From contig NC_067401.1 of NCBI RefSeq assembly GCF_016432865.1, forward strand, positions 109,182,001 through 109,246,000: a stretch of DNA of 64,000 nt. Reading direction: 5' to 3'. Shown here in pieces: positions 55,504-64,000 of this stretch (the first letter of the stretch is position 1; every line of letters begins with the position of its first letter). The DNA comes from Antechinus flavipes. Taxonomy: Eukaryota. The notes below the pieces were generated by a model, which was not told the DNA's origin, searched no databases, and worked only from the letters and a program-made list of their open reading frames with translations. The position numbers and the translations under genes were made by a program.

Positions 55504-58500
55504 TGGGGTGCCATGACTTAAACTCCCATCCCATGAGCCCCATCTGTCGTCATATGGATTCAGAGGGTTCCTGTGTTGTTTAAGGTTGACTTCTTAGAGA
55601 ATAGTAGGAAGAAAAGTCTCTAGGAGGAAAATAACTGTCAGGAAATAGATTCTTTAAGGAAAGGGGTAAGTTCCAAGCCTCCTCTCTGAGTGTCTGATCT
55701 TCTCACCACTAAAATTACTAAGTGAAGGAGGAAATAAAAATGATATGTAAGATTTGGGAGGAGGAAAGGGAATGTCACTAAAGGAAAAACAATAGGAGAA
55801 AAGGACTTTTGTTTCTTCATCTATAAAGGGATTTCTTTTTCACTCTAAAAACCTTATGATCAAGACTTTCTCATGAAGCAGTGAGTTTAAAGCAAAAGGC
55901 TGAATTCTGAAGTGCTTGAGAAAATATGTAGTGGAGGCAGTCTGGTGGTATCATGCCATTTAATTTTGAATTGTTTCCTGGAGGGGAGGGAAAGTTAATT
56001 GCAAGACCCCTGGTTTACTCTGACTGGGGAAGCTATAGCCAGAATCAGTTGAAGATAGGGAAGCTTCCACTCTCTCTAATTTACAAGATTGTTTCCAAGG
56101 CTGGAAAACAGCCATCTCTCAAGATTGCTACTCAGTCACCTACACCTAGGAAAGAAACAAAATTGAAGAAGCAGCCTTAGGTGAACACTCAGGCTCACCT
56201 AGGCAAGGTAAGTGCCCTCTGTCATGTGTTTGCAAGAAACCCTGTGGCTCCTTCCCTGCCGGTCCAGAGAGAGATTCAGTTCTGACAATCAGCAGAAGGA
56301 AGATTTCCTTTAAGATCTGCGGAGGGGACCACTCTTCCTGGCTTAATGACAAATCATCTGACACAGCTGGGACAGTCCTCCACCTCCTTTAAGTGCATGA
56401 GACCAAGGGATCACTCAGGATTTGCTATGTCCTCCCAGAGTGACAAGTCCTTCAGTTCTGAGGAACTGGCCCTGAAGTCCAGGGGACCTGAATTCAAATG
56501 TGGTCTCAGACACATAAACACTATTTTTAGTCCAGCTAGGAACTCAACTTGTGTTACCTGAGTTTCCTTCTTCTACCCCATTCTTCTACCTTTAGTTCTT
56601 AAGAAAGATCTGGGAGCCTTACCTTGGATTCCCTTCTGTCAGTCTTTACCTCATGATCTCTTGTAATCCATTGTCTGCCTCTTTAAACTTTCACCTCCAA
56701 CTTGGGACTTCAGACCCTGGGGTCCTGTGGATTTTGGCTTTGTGGGATCAGGCTCCTCTCTGAGAGCCATTTTCTCCCAGGAATTTCCATCCCTTTCCTG
56801 CCCTCTGGTTTCTTCAGCTGTTTGGTCTTCACCCCTCCCTTGTGGAGACAACCAAATTATGTAGTGAATAGTGCTGGACTTGAAGTAAGTTCAAATCTGA
56901 CTCCAGACACTCACCTACTGTATGATCCTGGACAAGCCCCTTAACTTTTGTCAATCATCCTTAGTTTTCTCATCTGTAAAATGGAGACAGTAACAGCAAC
57001 TAATTCACAGAGTAGCTGAAAAGATCAAATGAGATAGCCTATATAAAGCATTAGTAAACCTCAAAGTACCATGTAAATGCTAGTCATTATTATTGTGGAG
57101 GTGAAGGATGGGTGCAGAATAGGGAATATGATCCCTCTTTTACCTGATGCTCAGGCTCCTTTCTTTCACATCTCACTCCTATACTCTCCACCTACCCAGG
57201 TTCTAGGCAGAAATGGAAGGATCTGAGGAACCTAATCTGAGGATCTCACATTTATTTTGCAGGTTAGGGTTTAGAAAGCTCTTTCTTCATGTTACTCATG
57301 TCAGAATGCCCCATGTAATGGTCCTTTACTTGTCTTGGACTATCATTTGCTTCAGGGCTGAAGTAATGATGGTTTGGGGATATAAGGGAGGAGAGGGCAA
57401 CATTTCTGGTAATTACCACATTTACTTTCCTCTCCCTCTCACAGGAGCCTGCTATCTTTTTCTTCCCAGGAGCCAAGAAATTTGTAATCATGATAAGCAG
57501 AAGGTCATACAAGAGGACAGAGCAATGATAAAACCAGTATGTCTCAAATTGAAAGCTTTCTCTTCCTTCCCCTTCCTCATCCTGGAGATTTGGGAAGGGG
57601 GAGTTTCCTTCTTGCCATGCAGGTACATAACTGCTGCCAAGCTGGCTGGAAGCAATTGACTTTGGAGATTCCAGACTGTTGGGCCAGGGCTGAGGCTGGA
57701 GCAGAGAAGAGATTTCTATTTTACTTGTTCAGCTTGAGCCAGAAGAAAAAAGGGAGACAGCTGCTGAGGATCCAACATAAAGTGGAGATGCAAGTTCCCA
57801 GCTGAGATTAAGGAAGGGGACCTTCAAGAACCATATAAATTCCAGAGTGCCAGGGAAAACCAACAATTACAGAGCATGGATGAGTAATCAGCAAGGGACA
57901 AAGAGATTAAACTTCCTTTGCTGTAACATCTTTGACTTTTTATTTAAACACACAACTCCTTGCCCTAGAAAATATAGAAGAATCATTGGGAAGAGGTTTC
58001 GTTTGGGAAGTTATTGGGCAAATCTTTCTATGAGACAAGAGCTCTGGAAGGTTTTCATGCAATTTTACTATGTTTAATAAATCATGTGGCTAAAAATATT
58101 TATTTATTTAATAAATAAATTAAACACTGTGTCACTTAAGTTGTTTGGATGTAATGGCTAGTCAACCAAGAACAGAACATTACCCAGACAAGAAGAGTGC
58201 AACAAAACATATAAATCTCCATATTTAATAATCGTGAGTCATATTTTATATAATATTATGGCCGAGTCATTTTGAATCTTAACCGGTTAGAATTTTCTTT
58301 TTGTCCAACCATTCAAAACAGGGGTAAACTGGGGACTGAGGTGAGGGTAGGAGTAGCTGGTGAAATGGTGCATACAGTTATTTCCAGGCCATTATCTTTA
58401 ATTTAGTGCCACCTACTGGTTAGAAATTCTAAGGTACACTCCATTAAGTGACAGATACCTTTTCTAGAGATGCTCCATTGTTGTTGTTTCTCCTTTGTTC

Positions 58501-59727
58501 TTGAAGAGGACCAATGACATCATAAAGGCGATTATTTGACTTGCGTAAGAATTAGATTTAAGTGGGGCAGGGCTGTGCAAAAGCATCAGCTTCACTCTCT
58601 CCTCCAGAGTCACCAAAGTCCAGTGGCAAGGCAAAAGTCAAGACAATTGGCAATGGCCCAGCTTGCACTGCTGTGGAGTGGAGTCAATATATCTTCTGCT
58701 ATCTCTTTTTTCAGGATATATTCATTAATATTGTAGTCCCCTAACATTTACTTTTGTTTTATACATTTGTTCTTTATTTTACATATAGTTTTATTGACTT
58801 TATTCTGTATTTGATCATGTAAATCTTTCCATAATTTCTCTATTTGTTATGTTCATTATTATAAAACAGTAATATTCCATTACATTCATATTCAACTTTT
58901 TATTTAGCCATTCCAGAATTTCTGAAAGGCATAAATTTTGTTTCCAATTCTTTATCATTTCTGTTGTCTTTTTGATTTCCCAATGGTTTATTTCTCCTTT
59001 AATTTTAACTTTCTCTTCTTTTATGCTTAGCTGAGTTTTGGTTAGTACTTGTTGGCTTTCTAATTTACAAAAATACACATTTAGTTTATTAATCCTCTTC
59101 TTTTCAATTTGTTAATGTAGGCTTCTATAGTAAGAGAGATACTAAACTAGTAAATGTAAGACTCAGAAAGACATAGGGTAAGAACTCCTATTACTACTGC
59201 AGCCCCTCAAGCCTCACTTGGGACACCTCCCAAGCATCCTAACAGACTACACCATTGGTCACCATTGTCACATACAGTAGCCCTCTGGCACAGAATCATT
59301 ATCAACTTAGAAATGGAAGGATACTTTCTGAATGGTCATATTTATTTACAGGTGAAAAAACTGAAGCCAGAGAACTAAATAATTTATTCAACATATAGCA
59401 CAGCCAGGTCCTCCGATTTAAAACTATGTTCCTCCTACATCATTTATTACATTCCATGACAAGCTCAGATATGAAAGAGGAAGTCCCAGGTGCCACACTT
59501 AGTAAATTAGAGTGCTTGAACACAGATTTTCTGTCTTTTCAGTATACCTCCAAGGAGGCAGGAGCTTAGAAAACAATTAGATCCGAACAAACTTTAACAT
59601 CCTGATCCAACATCTGGCTTCCAGAACCTGGAGTCAGTACTCCAGTTTCCTATTCTTTATCCCCTCCAATGCTCCAGGACCCCATGCATTCACCCCTGGT
59701 TTCACTACTGTCTTAAAACCTATCTTG

Positions 59728-60805
59728 CAACCAAGCCATTCTCCAGTTGATAAATGGTCAAAGGATATGAACAGACAATTTTCAGATGATGAAATTGAAA
59801 GTATTACCACTCATATGAAAGAGTGTTCCAAATCACTATTGATCAGAGAAATGCAAATTAAGACAACTCTGAGATGCCACTACACACCTGTCAGATTGGC
59901 TAAGATGACAGGAAAAAATAATGATGAATGTTGGAGGGGATGCGGGAAAACTGGGACACTGATGCATTGTTGGTGGAATTGTGAATGAATCCAACCATTC
60001 TGGAGAGCAATCTGGAATTATGCCCAAAAAGTTATCAAAATGTGCATACCCTTTGATCCAGCAGTGCTACTACTGGGCTTATACCCCAAAGAGATACTAA
60101 AGAAGGGAAAGGGACCTGTATGTGCCAAAATGTTTGTAGCAGCCCTGTTTGTAGTGGCTAGAAACTGGAAAATGAATGGATGCCCATCAATTGGAGAATG
60201 GCTGGGTAAATTGTGGTATATGAACGTTATGGAATATTATTGTTCTGTAAGAAATGACCAGCAGGATGAATACAGAGAGGCTTGGAGAGACCTACATGAA
60301 CTGATGCTAAGTGAAATGAGCAGAACCAGGAGATCATTATACACTTCGACAACAATATTGTATGAGGATGTATTCTGATGGAAGTGGATTTCTTTGACAA
60401 AGAGACCTAACTGAGTTTCAATGGATAAATGATGGACAGAAACAGCTACATCCAAAGAAAGAACACTGGGAAACAAATATGAACTATTTGCATTTTTGAT
60501 TTTCTTCCCGAGCTATTTTTACCTTCTGAATCCAATTCTCCCTGTGCAACAAGAGAACTGTTCGGTTCTGCAAACATATATTGTATCTAGGATATACTGC
60601 AACATATCTAACATATATAGGACTGCTTGCCATCTAGGGGAGGGGGTAGAGGGAGGGAGGGGAAAATTCGAAATAGAAGCGAGTGCAAGGGATAATGTTG
60701 TAAAAAATTACCCTGGCATGGATTCTGTCAATATAAAGTTATTATTAAATAAAATAAAATTAAAAAAAAAAAGAAGAATCCAAAAAAAATTAAAAAATAA
60801 AAAAC
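59728..60805 (+). mobile_element. Young 5'-truncated L1 with TSD
   Basis: ORF2 C-terminus including the Cys-rich CWRGCG motif with one premature TGA; TSD AAAACCTATCTTG (59715-59727 and 60806-60818) at TT/AAAA. Confidence 0.95.
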
Positions 60806-61149
60806 AAAACCTATCTTGTACTTTCTCTGCTGCACTACTGCCTCTTTTCCCTTTACACGAATGGATCTGAAATAGTGTTGATCACCAGAAATCCCTTTCA
60901 AGGATCTCAGAACACTGATTTCATTGATTTTAATAAATGTTTCCTGTCCTGAGTAAACAAAAGGATTGGGAAGACAGTTGGAGGGAAAAGTAAGTAAGAT
61001 AGTAAGAAAAAGGAACTCTCCACATGGGGAGAGATAGACAATAGGAAGGATTTCCCAAAAACCAAAAGAGAAACATTCTCTGCTCTACCCTATTTCCCCC
61101 AGCACAGTCTTACTCCCTCCCCCCTCTCCTCCCCCCACCACACACACAC

Positions 61150-61349
61150 ATGAAGCCTCCCTCATTGGCTTCAGCCTATGAGGCTTCCGGGGAGGGGGAG
61201 GAACATTGCTTTCCATGACGTGAGTCCCAGGGCCTGGGCTGTGGGTGAGGCACATTTCCTGCCCCTGAGGTGGAGGAGGCAGGGGCTCTAAGTAGCACAT
61301 ACACCTGCTCTGGGTGGGGGGCAGGGGGTTCAGTCTCACAACCCCTTTC
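61150..61349 (+). promoter_or_regulatory. SH2D2A: SH2D2A proximal promoter and 5' UTR
   Basis: CRE-like TGACGTGA at 61216-61223, ETS-like CTTCCGG and ATTTCCTG, RUNX-like TGTGGG, directly upstream of coding exon 1. Confidence 0.65.
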
Positions 61350-61383
61350 ATGGAGATACCCATAGATCAGATGCCTCCTCAAG
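61350..61383 (+). CDS. SH2D2A: SH2D2A (TSAd) coding exon 1
   Basis: 34 bp, MEIPIDQMPPQ(G)|gtaaga; resembles the human TSAd N-terminus MEFPLAQICPQG as I recall it; expected position downstream of INSRR. Confidence 0.8.
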
Positions 61384-62325
61384 GTAAGAGCTAAGTTTGG
61401 AGTTTCCCTGTCTGTCATCTTTTCTTTTTCCTTCCTTGAGATGTCTTCATCTTCTGATTTCATCTACAATAATTCCCTGACCACCCTGAATATAAGGTTG
61501 AGAGGTACCCTTTCTCTGAACAGGAATCAGGAAAGAAAGAGAATGGGCTGGATGGCAGAATACACAGGTTCCCTTCCCTGGAGTCCCCGCTTTCTGGTCT
61601 TCCATTGCTCCTTTTGTTTCTATTTTTACACAGAGGAATGATTAGATCCACCAAGCCCTTAGAGAAGAGAAATCAGGCAGGAATCATAAACAAAAACTCC
61701 TAGGGAATCATAAGATTTAGAGATCATCAGTACAAGCCAAAAAAAAATGAAGACCAAATATTGGGAAGCCAAAGGTATATTGATACATATTTAATAATCA
61801 GCTTTTGGGGGAAGGAATGAATGGGGGAGCGGACTTAAGAAATTTAGGAGATACTTAAATGTAATCTGTCTTGTAGGCATTTTCCCCCAATATTTAAGGC
61901 TAGATAACCAACAAAACAATAAACCCTAATTTGTAGCATTTGCAGATATTTTTATGTAAATGCTCAAACTTAAAATTTAACAATCAATGCTCAGAGAAGC
62001 CATGAGAGCTGCTTTCAGCAAATCCTAGAAGTAATTTACTCATGGTTATACAACTTAAGTGGATCTGGATTGTGACTTGAATCTAAATCATAGGAAGGGA
62101 ATTGAAAAAAGATTGAAGATGGAGGATGGGGAGAAAGTGTTTTGAAACTGTCAAAGACAGATGAAGGAATGAGCCATAAAAAGTGGATTAGAATGCAGGT
62201 GTCTTGCTTCTCCAATAGTTGAATCCCAGAACCCACAAGTTGACAGAATCTATTATAAAAGTCATAATGCTTTCCCAACTATCCTTCACCAATCTAAATT
62301 TAAAAACATACTTCTCTTCCAGCAT

Positions 62326-63169
62326 TGTTGAGGTCTAGCTTTGGGGTACCTAAATGAAATTAGGGTTAAGGTCTAGTGGCAGGTTTGGGGTACAGATTCG
62401 GCACAAGGAGGTCTAGTAGCGGCACGAGTTCCCAATAAAAGCATTTATTGGCCCGGAGAGCTAGATTGATAAAAGAGGTTTATTATTGGGTAAGCAAGGT
62501 TAAAGTATAGGCAAAGATGAAATGGACAAATAGCCCTTCTGTCCACCTCGGGCCAGCAGAAGAAAGTTTGCTCAGCTAGATTGGGGGATTTCTTCTGCAT
62601 TCCAAAAGGCCGGCTCAACAATGCCTTTAAGGGTATCTGTTCCGGGTGGGTGGTACTCGGACGGTACTCGAAACAGATCTATGTTCCCATCCTCCTGTTG
62701 TAAAATGCAAATCACAGATTAAAATGTAACAAACTGAACAGAAATGCTTAAAAGGCTGTCTTTAGTTCTGTAAGGTACGGAATTCGATCATTCTGTCCTG
62801 AGCTCGGTACCAAATAAATTCTAAATCTTCCTCATTGCGGCTGTCTTGAATTTTATTGCCTGGGCTATTTTAAAGATAGAGATAAGGAGGGCACTGGACA
62901 GAGGGTTCAGTGGACAGAGGGTCCTCACATGGTAGCCATGTTTGGAATCTCTGCAAAGAGGGGTTCCCAGCGTGGCCTTTTTATAATAGGAGACTTAGCT
63001 CGAGGGGCTTTCGGGTGTAGCCCCAAAGTTGGCTCAGATCCGGGTGGGGCTGGGAACAGGTCGGATCTTCTATTGGAATTCAAAGGGACCAGAATTTGTG
63101 AGTTAAAGGGCAATTTACATTATTAACTAGGAGAGGGTGGGAATCTAGAAAGGAATCTTTCCCACATCA
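62326..63169 (-). mobile_element. Solo LTR, 844 bp, 4-bp TSD (ERV1-like), antisense in SH2D2A intron 1
   Basis: The - strand reads TGATG...CAACA, TSD GCAT (62322-62325 and 63170-63173), TATAAAAA and AATAAA on -. Confidence 0.85.
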
Positions 63170-63542
63170 GCATCTCCCCGCTTTTTCTCCCCAACTCCTC
63201 CAGGCATTTGGAAGTCTTCCTTACTATCTAACCATTCCTCTTTACACATCAATTCCTTTTTATACTATGCCTTCTACACATTATCCCTCATTTCTTCATC
63301 CCTTTGTCTCAGTCTCACCCCCTAAGAAGCATTTCCTGTTATCATTTCTTTCCCTCACCCCTCAATATCTTCCATCATTCTTTTTGCAATATCAGCCTAT
63401 TTTTTCTCCTCAAAAAAAAAAAAAAAGTGCTGTACTCTCGATAATTTAAGAAGATGGTGCTAGGAGCAATGGGGAAGTAAGAAGCAAGTCATTGTGTCCA
63501 ATCCCCTTGGAGGAGAGCCCATAGTTTTGTTTGTATCTGTAG

Positions 63543-63679
63543 GGCAATGGAAAGAACCTGCCCCAACTTTCAGTACTTTCCACTCTAAACATCCAACCCG
63601 GAAAAGCAGAAGAAGCACGGCACTGCCTAATTTGCCTCAGGCATCAGAAAATGAGACTGTTCCATCCAACCACACCAAG
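63543..63679 (+). CDS. SH2D2A: SH2D2A coding exon 2
   Basis: tttgtatctgtag|(G)QWKEPAPTFSTFHSKHPTRKS...NHTK|gtgagt; PTFSTF matches human TSAd; phase 1 matches exon 1. Confidence 0.8.
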
Positions 63680-64000
63680 GTGAGTGGAAAGAAAGAAACT
63701 AGGGACATCTGAATCCACATTTCTTGCCCCTCACCCATCCCCAACCCTGTGGATACCAGGCCTATAAGGGAGGGTCTTGGAGATCAGGTTGGGACTTGAA
63801 TGAGACTTCCTAGAAGAAATAGATTTGAGAGGGGAAAAGGAGAGATTAGAGGGTGTGGGCACCTGAACTGGTACGAGGAAAGCCAAGGGAAGTTAAGAAG
63901 CAAGTCATTCAGCCTCTTTCATCATCAATATTCTTCTGCAACTCAATAATAGTTTCACAGGATTCAGAGTTGGAAGGGACCTTAGACATCATCTGGTGTG

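Noticed and set aside
57200-58100. ORFs of 76-148 aa as a further gene or an NTRK1 upstream exon
   Set aside because: No recognisable domain or consistent splice chain; it could be regulatory but I cannot support that from sequence.
48166-60378. ORFs at 48166, 51976, 59725 and 60040 as host genes
   Set aside because: They are L1 ORF2 C-terminal fragments within 5'-truncated copies.
60760-60805. GAAGAATCC between two A-tracts as an L1 3' transduction
   Set aside because: Nine bases is too short to distinguish from tail mutation or to map a source.

Overview
This is marsupial genomic DNA, probably dasyurid, judged from WSINE1 and MAR1 SINEs, RTE fragments and marsupial-type L1 3' ends; there is one N-gap at 35821-35961. 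Three genes can be assembled by hand from GT-AG exons. (1) INSRR exons 3-22 on + (828-21622), intact except an apparent 1-nt deletion in exon 3. (2) A complete, stop-free, 11-coding-exon DAPK-family gene on - (27881-45446, 360 aa). It has DAPK2-type exon architecture, a CaM-binding region, a C-terminal RRRHSSYS tail and a CpG-rich promoter, but the kinase DFG motif reads GFG and the P+1-loop GT reads GL. (3) The promoter and coding exons 1-2 of SH2D2A on + (61350-63679). To my recollection human has no DAPK gene between INSRR and SH2D2A, so gene 2 is a candidate fourth DAPK ohnolog lost in humans and apparently turned into a CASK-like pseudokinase; this is the main finding. The rest is TE-rich intronic and intergenic DNA with three TSD-flanked L1 3' fragments, three solo LTRs, a 38-bp minisatellite and two short locally templated insertions. 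All comparisons to human genes are from memory and need verification.
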